Assembly: GCA_002633005.1 (NCBI GenBank)
Contig: NMRA01000415.1
Location: forward strand, 1-64,000
Source: Phoronis australis
Taxonomy: Eukaryota; Animalia; Phoronida
DNA: 64,000 nt
Reading direction: 5' to 3'
Shown: one piece after another, positions 52,247 through 64,000 of the stretch
Numbering within the stretch: position 1 is the stretch's first letter
Layout of the letters: every line of letters begins with the position of its first letter
Notes under the pieces: generated by a model
The model's database searches: none
The model's input: only the letters and a program-made list of their open reading frames with translations
What the model was told of the DNA's origin: nothing
Translations under genes and position numbers: made by a program

Positions 52247-52350
52247 GTGTCACTAAAAGATGAATCAAGCCAGTCATTGCCAAGTGTATACAGCCATGAG
52301 TGTCACTAAAAGATGAATCAAGACAGTCATTGCCAAATGTATACAGCCAG
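52247..52350. repeat. about 52-bp direct repeat x2 in the presumed 3' UTR
   Basis: agtgtcactaaaagatgaatcaag.cagtcattgccaa.tgtatacagcca occurs twice. Confidence 0.85.
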
Positions 52351-52715
52351 TAGGCCAATTCATATTCTTGGGTATTTCAGTGAAAACCACTTAATATATG
52401 GTTCCCCGTGTTAGAAGATTGTCATCAACAAGGCAATCTTATTACTGGCTTTTCGCTAAATTTGCAAGAATGGAAATGAGCTGCCTTTGAGTACATCTGG
52501 ACGTGCCTTTTTTGCCCAGCTTACCAATGAACATTATATATCATTCAACTTGTTTTGTATTCTCTCTATATTACTTGTAACTGTATGCTTCATCGTCATA
52601 AATGGCCTTATATCGCCCACCTCATACGTGGTAAACGAGCTTACAACGCATGTATGTTATTAATATCATGTGGGACACATTTCGATCATTGATGTAATAG
52701 TGAAGAGCAGATGTC

Positions 52716-52721
52716 AATAAA
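52716..52721 (+). terminator. candidate polyadenylation signal of the caspase gene
   Basis: AATAAA about 750 nt after the stop; motif only. Confidence 0.3.
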
Positions 52722-55523
52722 TAACTTCCATTGTCAAGTCAACGATTTCAAGGTACTCTCACGACAGGTATAAACGCGGATTAATAGGCACTGAGCACTG
52801 CTCTCAAGGTCAAACAAATATAACAAAACGTCGTTGTCATAGGCAGACAGCACACCTCAACAGGAGTTTCCCTTTCAATTTTGAGGTTGCGCTCCCTATT
52901 GACATTTAGGAAAGGCTAGTGAGCTAGAAATGAATCATTGGTCGACACATGCAAAGCCTACACGATTATGTCAAAACGAAACCAAGACTAACTAATCGTA
53001 AAGTTTCAACTTCCAAAGTATTTGGGGCATCGACGCGATCATATTAGACGCACTGGTTTGCTCGATAGTCTTGGCTGAACTACGGCGTGACTAAATACAT
53101 CTATAACTTATTTCTTGATTACTATATCTTCAGCCTTTTGTGGCCTACGTTCTTTAAAAGTGGGTGTGTTTCGCGGTCTTCATCGCGCATCTTGATCTTG
53201 AATCCGTTCAGCCTTTGGGAGAATTTTCTTCAGTTTTACATGTACCTAGGTTGGCTTACTTTCTAAGTGCATCACTTCAAATATTACAACACAACTACTT
53301 AAACTCTATTTAGTTGTTACTTTCTCGTTCCACGAACCACTTCCTAATAGCCAACCCGCTATTTCCTTAAAGGTTATTTCAAACCCAATTCAAAAAAATT
53401 GGTTAAGTTTAGTACAATATTTCACTTAGTTTTCACGTTTCTTGCAAAATTTCCAATCATGATTCTTTGGGAACTTCAAATACAAAATGTAAACCGTGTA
53501 GCGAGAAAAAAAATGACAGAACCACCTTGGAACTTCACAAGAGCATGGATAATTATTTAGTATTTATGCAAGGTTAAAAGCATGACTAATTACTAAGTAT
53601 TTATCTGAGATCAAAAGTGCCAAGGTTAACACTAAGCTTCAACCAGGTACACATCAGTCTTGTATCTACCCTAACTACTTTCATTCACCAAGTCGCTAGA
53701 ATATTGAGTCAGCGAGCGAAGTGTATTGATGATAGAAGTGTGCCGGGGAAAACAAAGACAAAATGTAGCTTTGATCCTGAGGCAGCTTTGCGTCTTCATG
53801 TATACGACTTATGTTCATGAACCCTGCAAGTTGTCATACCAGATAAATCCTCCCCAAATTACTGAATTCAATAAGTATATTGACATTTTCTGTTTCCATT
53901 TCTAACCACTGAGTCAGACTTAAGTTTTGTTATACATTTCTTACTTGGTTTCGTATCAGTCTTCCAGCACGTAATGTGTACACACTATGTGAATAACAAT
54001 GACGCGTGACCTCCTTTAAACAAATGTTGCTCAAGCAACAGTAATAATTAATCCCACCTCATGGCTGAGGACAGTACGTTTTACTGGTAATCAAAGTCGT
54101 TATGTCAAAGGTCATTCTAGCTAAAGTACTAAAAACATATACCAAAATATGTAATACATATATGCAACACGACGTAATGTTCAATCCTTTCTGTTATCAA
54201 TCTAAAAGCCTTTTGAGCACAATATTGTATCTCTGCCGAGATTGAAAAATCCTTGTCCATCCAGTCTACTTTTGTGGCCCGAGTTCCTGTGCATCAGTTT
54301 AGGAACGATTCGCGAGTCATTTTACCTTGAAACCGCATTGACACCACCCTGAGCGTAAAGGCGTTGTTTTTTCAGTTGTTTTTCGATTCTCATTTTGGTA
54401 CTTTTTATACAAACATGAATATTTATTGCTCAAATTGTGGCTCATCTTTACGTATGAAGCATAATCACAACTTTGTGAAGCTCCTATGATCTCTCGCAGC
54501 CAACAATCGGCTACTGAGGTTAGCTCTGACTCATTGGAACAGCAGGTTAACTTCAACAACAGTTCCCGTTCAGGTAATGGATTAGAGGAAAAAAGACTGA
54601 ATTGGTTACCAATGCGTTACCGTTATTGCCACGCTGTGTAATCATGTCAAATACCAGTCTACCGTTATTGCCACGCCGTGTACTCATGCCAAATACCAGT
54701 CTGAAGTAAAAAAAAATGTCTTATGACTACTGGGACGTGTGAACGATGTGCCCGCTTGGCCCCAAATCGACACGGACTTCACTGCATGGGCTGGGCAGGA
54801 CTGGAAAAAGGGGGGGGGGCTCTAGCCTCCCCACAGCCCTTATTATCATGCAAGGGCCATGTACTGTCTTCTAAACTGTAAAATACCTAAAAAACTCACA
54901 AACGGCTATGTTTCCACAAACAAAAAGTGTTTTACATATATTTGAAAACGGTGACCTCCACATCTCACTTGCAATAACATGCAAATGTGCGGACACAGTA
55001 ACCGGTGGGGTCATTCCCCTGCATTTGTCGTGGCGGTCCGTCTGAAAAATAATCACTTGCTAAAAATTGACTATGATTTTCAATTATTAAAGAGAAGATC
55101 TATTAACACGGGACAAAAACATGCAATACATATATGTGTTGTCTAAATACAAAAAAACGCAAACGGGTTACGAGGGAGTGTAGTTAGTTTTAGACAATGA
55201 GCTGATTGTCAGTGACGATAAAATAATGCAGTGTTCGGGGTATGACACAAGATTTTTAAATCTCTTTGTGGCAGGAAATTGATTCATTCAAGGCCCGGGT
55301 AGCTAATTAATGCATCATTCTTCACCCGCACAGCGCACAGATGTCACGCGCACCCGATGCCAGGTGGTCTGGTTCTGACGGGTACCAGCTTATATGAGTG
55401 TTTCTGTAATTTTGTGCAAAGTGTCGGAAGCTCTCTGTACATTGTGTGTATGCTTCATTCATGATTTGAGCCACTCAGTCCGATAACACGGCGATAGCAT
55501 ACCTTCGTCTTTCGCCAAAGCAG

Positions 55524-56156
55524 TGGTCTCGATCGGTTCGCACTGGGTCATCGGCTGCAGTTACGAGTCCTGCAAAACAATCTGTGTCAAAATTTATTTT
55601 GCAACATTTTGTCAACAACTTCATTACAAATTGGCCTTATTTTGGTTTTACTAAAGGTATAAAAAATAGTTGGTCAATCACCTTACCGAATTTCTCTGAC
55701 CTCTGGGTTAGCTTCAATGTTTTCCCCCTTAAAGTCCTTCTCTCACGCGTTGTTAACCCTTATTACATGGTTAGAAGATGTTATAAGGATCCAAGAAGTA
55801 CCTACCCCATAACTAATACACGATCCGTACTCGAAAACAGTTTAAATGAACGCGCCACTCACGATTCGCACCTGAAGAAACACGGCCATTTTGAACTTGC
55901 CGCGAACCGGGAAGTACAATTCATTCAGGAACCCAGGCCGAGAAAACGCCGTCAGTGCGACTCGAGCAGTGCCTGTACTGTTACCAGCCAGCAAACGGGG
56001 ATAAAATTATCGACAGCGCGCCTTAATTTTAATAAAATCAAACTACAGACAATTTTATCGAATTTGCTGAAGAAATGTGGCGAATAAATTTTGACAGAAA
56101 TTATTTTGCCAGACTCGGGACCGCAGCCTATCGGACCCGGTGGGGAACGAGACCAG
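55524..56156. mobile_element. MITE-like element with about 100-bp imperfect inverted termini
   Basis: tggtctcg...ggctgcag...tgtcaaaatttatt (55524-55620) is reverse-complementary to aataaattttgacag...cgcagcc...cgagacca (56060-56156). Confidence 0.6.
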
Positions 56157-58659
56157 ACACTGGCGAACGGTAAATGCATGCTGTTTTGTCGAAGTAAAAT
56201 GATCAAATGATAAATGCTGCATATATTCAAGGGTAGTTTCAGATACTTGCATGAAATTACGGGCTGGTTAGTCCTGTGTAACACTGCCGCGTCAGACTTT
56301 AGTTAGCCTCAGTCACCAGCAACCAGTGAAGACTATAGTCAAAATACAGCTTGTTAGTAGGCCTATACAGGCGTGCGTTCAATAGACGCTAAGACCTACG
56401 CTAGGACCTAGCTAAAACCTAGTCAAAGTCACGTGTTCTTATTCAAAATACACGGCGAAATCTCACGTATTCTCGCGAAGTCTTGCTTTTTAGCGAGGTC
56501 CTAGCGTTACTGAACGGGAGGCAGCTTTGCGCCAAGACTACCCTTAGGCCTAACTGGTCGCTGGCCACAAACACAAAAAACACGAAAATTGAACAAAGTT
56601 TCTTTTTTGTAGCAACGTTTGTCAAAATGTATCAACGTTAAATCTTCACAAATTACAAAGTAGCCGATTGAACATGCCTTTCAGTTCAGCAAAAGTCGAC
56701 ATTGTAGGTGCCGCCAGAAATGAGACGAAGTCCAACGGGAATTGTGAGCACATTTATCACTTAATGAGTAACAACTGCGAGGCTGAAATTTGGTGAACAC
56801 TGCTAAATCGTGCAGAATAGTAAGTAAAGTTATGTCTAACTAAATTTCACCGTAATTTGTTGGCGAAAACAATTTACACAAAGTTTTAAACTCGTAACTC
56901 ATCCCGCTGTCCTCCAATATGGCCGACGCGATCCAAACAAAGTGACCCAAATTTCGCCACAAAACTTGCAATAACTTTACAGTGCTTGCCCCGATTTTGA
57001 TACTTTTTCGATTTTTACTGAGTAGAATGTACTACCTTTCCGATGATAGCAAAGTACTTTTTCAAAACGAGGAAAAAAATAAAACTGAAAAAAATAGGTT
57101 CGACCCATATTGGTTCCTAGGTTCGACCGGCCTACGTAAGGAACTAAACACCAATGCTATTTTAACATACTAAGTACGCGTAACATTCCAAAAAAAATCA
57201 ACGACCACAAACTACAAACTATAAATACACTACATATGCAAACGAATCACGATATATTACTAATAAAACAATATAATGAAGACTTTTCGAGCAAGCCATA
57301 GCACATTCAGTTACAAGGAAAAAATGGCGGCGTTCAGGACAAGTTCCTGAACGGATGAACCGGAAATGTGGGTACGGAAATAACCGATGACAACCGGTAA
57401 TCATACGCTCAGAGAAAAGGGTCAAATACGGTTGAAAAATCGCCTTTGGCCAGAAAGGCGAAAAGAATGTAAAGAAAGGGTGTCGAAAATAAGATTTTAT
57501 GTAGTAAGTATTTTCGGATACTAGAACCACATGTTCAGTTTGCAACAAGGACTTTCATATCATGGACACTTGTGGTGTCGGATATTTGTAATACTTAAAG
57601 TTTTTTAAGTATTGTGCATTTTAAGTTACTTACATGTATAATGGTAAAAGGTTGAATCATTTTGGTTGATGAATAAAAAATGATAACATTTTGTTTTGGA
57701 CTTGTCTTTTTTAGAGAGATTTTCTGTTACTAGAGTCGGTCCTTTACTTAAATTATACCGACTTTTTGTTAAGACTACAGGCACTTCTTTCTGGCTGAAT
57801 TTCTTGTATAGACGAGTGGATTAACAATTGGACAGTACATAGGAATCAAAGTAGGAATCAAAAACAACATGGCAACAGTTTTGCACTTAGGCGGTATCGT
57901 TACGTTTTCAGTTATGGCCGTCATTCACAACTCGTTCCTCACTGGATGTGTAGGGTATCGCAGTCACTGAAATAGACGAGAATGATTTTGTGTTCTTTGC
58001 TTTGAAATGTTTCGTTTGGAGTAAACAATCAAAATTGACTTCAAATGAAACTCTAAAAATTTCATGGCTGGCAAAGAGATCATCTCCTTAACGTGCCTTA
58101 TTTCAATTGTATGCACTGGACATGACTTACTTTTGACAAAAGGCGGCCCTCAAACCAACTTGGCCAAAGTGCCATTAGTTCAAACCTTTCTTCAGTCCGA
58201 AAAACTCGCGTGAAATTTAAACACTTACCTGGGCCCAGCGGTTCTGTCTTATTTGGAATGGAACGTTGGAAAATTGCACAATTAAGGTTATGGTCTTCTG
58301 AAAACAGCTGGTCAATTTATCGTCAATAAATCATATTAAGTTGTGGAACTAGACAATCTTGAGTACCGTACTCTTCCGGGTTACCGCCCAGGCGCTTAAA
58401 TTAGGAATCTAACAAACAGGGGTGGGCGGTAAGCCTAGCGTGGGCGGTAAATTTTGTTATCTCCACTTTTACCCTTCCGTTTACAGTAAATTTTATATTT
58501 CAGAAACTCATAACATTGCTGACATTGACAAACAGATCTCAAAAAACCCTCTTGATGCGTCTCATGCTGTGTATCGCCAGACACCAGACCTAAAAGTGAC
58601 TACGACAGCAAGTATGCATATTGTGTAAAACTCATTTTTTCAAATACTGGAAAAACATT

Positions 58660-61600
58660 GTAAATAACAATAGGGATTAATTTTATTTCAATAAAAAGAA
58701 CAAAGACAAGGCGATATACTTGTCGGCAACATGTTACCATGGATACTGTACGATTAAGTTTTAAATGACTATTTCTTTATACTAACCCAGGTTCAACAAA
58801 AACAAACAATCTGGCTACCTAGAAATCACAATTTTCGTGGAAAGATGCATAAATTAAAAAAGAGTGTGAATATATCTCAGCTTACTGTAGTTGCGTGCGG
58901 TGTCCTTAGCCATATCTAAACAAACCCGCTCCTCTTGTCAGCATTTATCGTCATCTGCTTTAAGGAAAAATTTCTGAAATGGGAATTACACTGGTTGCAA
59001 AAAATTTTAGAAACTTCTGATGTAACTAGTTATGGTTTGGTGCGTATCACGCGTGTCTGCTGTTTCGTTCACTTTGTAAGTTCAATACTTATCACATAGT
59101 TTTGATGTTTTGTGGTGGAAATGATTAGGCGTACACTGAACATGTACATAGGAGTAGTGTCAATCTAATCTTCACTTTGTTTATGAGAGCCTCAGTCGAT
59201 GTAAATGCGAGTCTTGGCTCGAAGTTAATAAGCTCAACATAATTGTCTTCGCAGTAAGCAGATGGATTTAACAGTGACGCATCGACGCGTTGCTACACAT
59301 TCTGGGGTCACTGCTTTCGCTTTACACCACTTGGTGGCACCCAACAAAGTCTTCTGGAAATGATTCCAATGCAGATCTGTCCATCATTTACGGTTTACAA
59401 ACGTGATTCTGGCTATTTAAAACAAAAACAACACAATCATAAGTTTGTTCACTAAGCCACGGTTTGCATGCAATTACTTTGAAAGATAGTGCGTGCAAAC
59501 AGCGAAACTACTCCACAATTACACTAATCAGATGAAAGGAGAATGTCGGCTAGCAAAATATTTCACAAATCCCATATTTCCTTAATTTACCGCAAAGTTT
59601 CCCGCGTGCAAACAGTGAATGTTTAAGAAAAGGAAGTCAGATCAAAACGTGGGTTGAAGTGTGATTGGCTAACATTCATATTCTCAGAAAAAGCAAATGC
59701 TAGTCGTGGCCGTCACGTGCAAGTTAAGATGTCCAGCCAACCCTGCATGTGCAAATTATTGAAGTTGGCGCAAGTTCGAATTCAACTGTGAGTAAGGACC
59801 AGCAAGGTGCCTAAAACCGGGACTTTTATTTCAAATTAAACTGCAGTCCCTGAAGGTGAGACTGATACCAGCCTTAAAATTTAAATAGGGTAACGACGAC
59901 ATACAGTAATAAAGGGCTGCCTGTTTGAAGCATATTGGGTCTAGGGAGAGAAGTTGTTGCCAATTTATTTTTTTTTCAGTTTTAGTTTGTTTCAGATTGC
60001 CCAAAATTCCTCAGAATTTTTTTTTCCAGGAATTATGTCAACTTATGTGTTGTATCATGACTAACATTTTCGAGCAGTTAGTCCTGCAAAAATTGTTCTT
60101 GGTAAAGAATTTATGTAAGGCTATGCAGAGGGATTATGCAATGCAGTTTTCTTATGAGTAGGGCACTAACGAAAGATTTCATTGTGGGTATAATTAAAAT
60201 GTTTTTCAATTTTCAAGTGTTATCGTTAAAAAGTGGCATTTTATATGTTTCTAAGACCACGTGTAGGCATCAAAGATAACGTCTTACGAGATTTTGGCAG
60301 CTACCCCAATTGTGTTCGCTCTTGTTACTGGAAGTTCAGCTGCTAGGGTCATTTTTGTGCAGACCCGCCCCTAAATGTAGCCGTCAGTTTGTCCAACGGT
60401 AAATCTGGCACTTGAGTGAAAGCTCGTATCAGTAAACTTTTAGTGAGGCCTTACATCATAACGAACATTAATCATTGAACTAGCTGAAATATAACGACAA
60501 CGTCGATACTAAAACATATTGAAATATTCAACACCTTTCATGAATTCAGGCGATGCGCACTTTGTCAAGGGAATAACAAAGACTACCTATCGGAAACATA
60601 TAGATGGATGTAAACGAAATCGCACAGTGTACCAAATAGTGGTATATAATAGACAGCAAAAACAATACCGGTCATAGTTTTACTATTTCACTATTTTATT
60701 TTTATATGTCGGAAACTGCACGGCATTCCAGAATCTACGTGATTAATTTATTATAATTAATCAGCCAGTGACTACCGTGTCCGGGACTTGACTATTATAA
60801 CTGCAAAAAGAGTCTGAGTGTTTTTTGAAAAATAAATTTGTTGAGTATTATAGGAGTCTGTGGTACACTTTTGATCTGGAAATATCTATTTCTCAAACTC
60901 ATCCATTCTTAATGCACGGCAGAAGATGCTACCAACCACTGGAACTGGTGACAACTGTAACCCCGTGGATTTGAAATTAAATTAAGAGTGAAAAAACACC
61001 AGCAATACCAGTGAACAAACTTGAGGTACAAGCTACAAATTGGGTCACTCTATCTTGCCGCAATGGAGTTGGGACGCTTTTTTAGAAGTGGGTATACGTG
61101 TTTATGCATGCGGTCACTCACTTTATCTGATCAGAAAATTTTCTCTATGTCTGGTTCTGAAAAAAGGTGAGATTTCTTACCAAAAACTCTCCTTGTGCAT
61201 ATTATTGCTGGACACTAGTTCCAATAAACACTGCTTATACATGCAAACCGTGTTCGATCCCCTTCCTTGCTTACAACAATCATTAGTACTCCATGTGTGA
61301 CTTAATTGTTTGTGTTTAATAGTTTTACCATGTTCCTAAATCTTGCACAACCAAGAACTGCACAATGTAAAGTTCTGAATATCTTCAACTGGGACAAACT
61401 GGCTACGTGACGTAAATTCCAACACCCTGACGTATTCCTTTAAAATCTGGACAACTTTACACATACAGTCTTTTTGACTCTCACAAGTGACAGACATCAG
61501 ACCTTAAGTGCACAAAGTAAATGTGACCGGGACAAAATATGGAACTTTATTCCACCTTTCCTCCTTCAGGGCTCTAGGACATCCATCGTTATAACCCGTT

Positions 61601-63850
61601 TTGATAACTGGGATTTCCCGTGGCGTAAAATCAACGACAGCACCTCAATTGTGCTAATATAGCCTGATTTCAAACAGCATACCACTACTCCATTTTTGAT
61701 CAAGGTTAATGTTGTTCTTCAAGAAATTTGAATGTACACAATGTCTACAAGTATACCCAGTAAATACAAAATAAAACATCCATGTAAATTACGATTTAAA
61801 GAAAAGACCACAACTGAGACACTTAAACAACTGTGAAAATATAGAGAACCGTATACTAGCACTTTCAATTACGACGCAATCATTTGATAACGAAATGAAC
61901 AAAAATAAAAACCGTGTCTTCTTTAATTAGGCAAGCATGAAATATCTCCGTGTCCATTTACATGAAACAGTTTTGCAAACGAGATATTTGAGAGTGTAGT
62001 TGAATGCGAGTCAAAGAACATGTTGCGCGGGACAGTATAGAACTTTATTTCGCAACGCATTACATGTGATATGTTTGTCAGTCTGATCGTTCGTGGAACT
62101 CGAACAGACATAATATTCAGTAACAGTTCAAACACACATACACGTAACTCGGAAAGTAGATCATATTAAAGACAAATTAAAAGCAAAACGGTAAATGACA
62201 GTAAATAATAACTTAATGATGTATTGAGCCTCCAGCAACACAAATCACATCCGACGACCAGTATGACAACATTCACAGGAGAGCCTCAACTTGCCGGATA
62301 ACCCGGGTGTGATCTCAGCGACCTGAGTGCACTCGGCCATTCATAAAAAAATTAGCATTCACAGAACTCAGTGCCTGGTAGGCGGAGCTAAGCTTATTCA
62401 CAGTAAATATCAAAGGAGGGGAATTGTATTTCTATAAGAAGAACAAAGACAAGGCGATTTACTTCTCGTTGAAGGCAACATGTCACCACGTATACAGCAC
62501 CATTCTTTTTCAATTTGCTGTTCCTTCAAAATGAGTCAGGTTCAATGTGAACAACTCATCTGGTTTTCTAGAAATTTGTGTAAGAAAATCATGACGTGCG
62601 AGTTCAACAGTTTAGGTTAAGATTTATGGGATTAGACGTACACTGGCTGCAACAAGTAGTATAACATCCTTTTTTCATGTTTATTACGAAATATTCAAGT
62701 CAATAAATATACATAACCCAGAAAACGCCAACAAGCATTGTACATGTGTTAAAAATACAAAGAATCCAATATACAATTATTATACACAAATACATGCACT
62801 TACAAAATAAAAAATATGTTAAGATTACAATGACTTATGATTGCGAATGTAAAAAAATCATTTTCATGCATACACATGCATAAAACTCCATAAAGAAATT
62901 TTGATACTATTTGGAGTAAAACCCTATTTTCATTTGGGTTGAGTTCTTGACCTTATTGAAGAAATAATATTTGTTGTAGAATTGCGTAATTTCAGATATT
63001 TTGTAAATATTAAGGTATTGTAGAACACCCTTATTAAATTTGTCATGGTTTAGTGCATGTCATGTGCGTCTGCTGTTTCAAATACTTTAAGGTCAACCAT
63101 CAACAGGCTGTATTGATATTTTGAGCTATAAATGGTTAGGCGTACTTGTTATTAGTGTCAACTTAGCGTTGACGTTAAGGGAATGGAAATGCGAGTCTTG
63201 GCTCGAAGTTAAAAGCTCAATTTCAATGTTTTTGTTGTAAGCCGATGGATTTAACAGTGAAGCTTGGACGCGATGGTACACCTGAAAGGGTCACTACAGT
63301 CGTATTACACCACTGGGTGGCGCTTAACATTGACTGTTGAAACTTATTCAAATTTAACCTTTCCTTCTGTTACGGCAGACGGTAATTAACAAACTAACAA
63401 AATCATTGGTTTTAACCCCAAAGCCACAGTTTGCATGCAATTATTACGCAATGAAAGATAGTGCGTTCAAACTGCCAAACTACTCCACATTATATTAATT
63501 AGGTGAAAAGTGAATGTCGACTAGCTAAACGTTTTTAAAAATCCAAAATATTAGAACAGCTCCTGAAGTTTCCGCTAAACTTTCCGCTTGTCAGTAATAA
63601 GTATCTAAGAAAAGTGAAGGAAGAGCAAAATGTGAGTTAAAGTGTGACAAAATAACCATCGTATACTCAGAACAAGTGAATGCCAGTCGTAGCAGTCACA
63701 TGCACCTTTAACTGTCCAGCCAACACTGCACGTGCAAATCATTAAGGAGCTTGCCACAGGTAGAAATTAATCCGTGACTTAAGATATTGAGGACCACTAG
63801 GACTACATCTTACTCGAACTTTATTTCAAATCTAACGGCAGTGTCATCAA
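58660..63850. repeat. old direct duplication: about 58660-59860 vs about 62420-63850
   Basis: Collinear shared blocks, e.g. gaacaaagacaaggcgat, aaatgcgagtcttggctcgaagttaa, tttgcatgcaatta, tgtccagccaac. Confidence 0.8.
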
Positions 63851-64000
63851 TGATGGTGAGATTTTTATCAACCTAAGCAATAAATCAAATAGTCAAATGT
63901 TGATAAACTAAATGAGGGTTCCAATTGTTATTTGATCGACGACACTGTATAAGAAATCAGAATCCATGCAGACCTAGAATTTGTTTCTAATATTCTCTGA

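Noticed and set aside
55584-56087. 167-aa ORF as a gene
   Set aside because: It lies between the inverted termini of a MITE-like element, starts at GTG and has no recognisable motif.
63180-63810. Fibronectin-III or EGF-like coding relics on the minus strand
   Set aside because: Only short motif-like peptides (VPSRP, PSGPQYL, CTCSVGW) in different frames with stops; compatible with chance.

Overview
AT-rich, intron- and repeat-rich eukaryotic DNA that looks like an invertebrate animal genome (the species cannot be determined). Almost all ORFs in the supplied track are noise. The main signal is one long + strand spliced gene reconstructed by hand from splice sites and reading-frame phase. Nine exons (39589-51962) join in frame into 623 aa: an acidic linker, a ZU5/UPA-like beta domain, a linker, a complete caspase (peptidase C14: SHG His, QSCR Cys, S1 Arg residues) and a short CxxC tail. 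Upstream (355-36868) lie ankyrin-repeat-like exons and a tandem array of about 16 phase 0-0 cassette exons of two types (X, 26-28 aa, ankyrin-cap-like; Y, 69-71 aa, low-complexity linker). These are phase-compatible with the caspase exons, suggesting an ANK-[variable linker array]-ZU5/UPA-caspase fusion with no death-fold domain. Part of the array comes from recent segmental duplications (about 600-16344 vs 16345-25129, and others) bounded by single Ns, so some copies may be uncollapsed haplotypes or assembly artefacts. Also present: a decayed LINE, a 2.4 kb CACTA/EnSpm-like element in a caspase intron, Helentron-like repeats, a TTAA-flanked repeat that mediated a 5.85 kb deletion, MITEs and several minisatellites. 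No CRISPR array, rRNA or intact tRNA was found.
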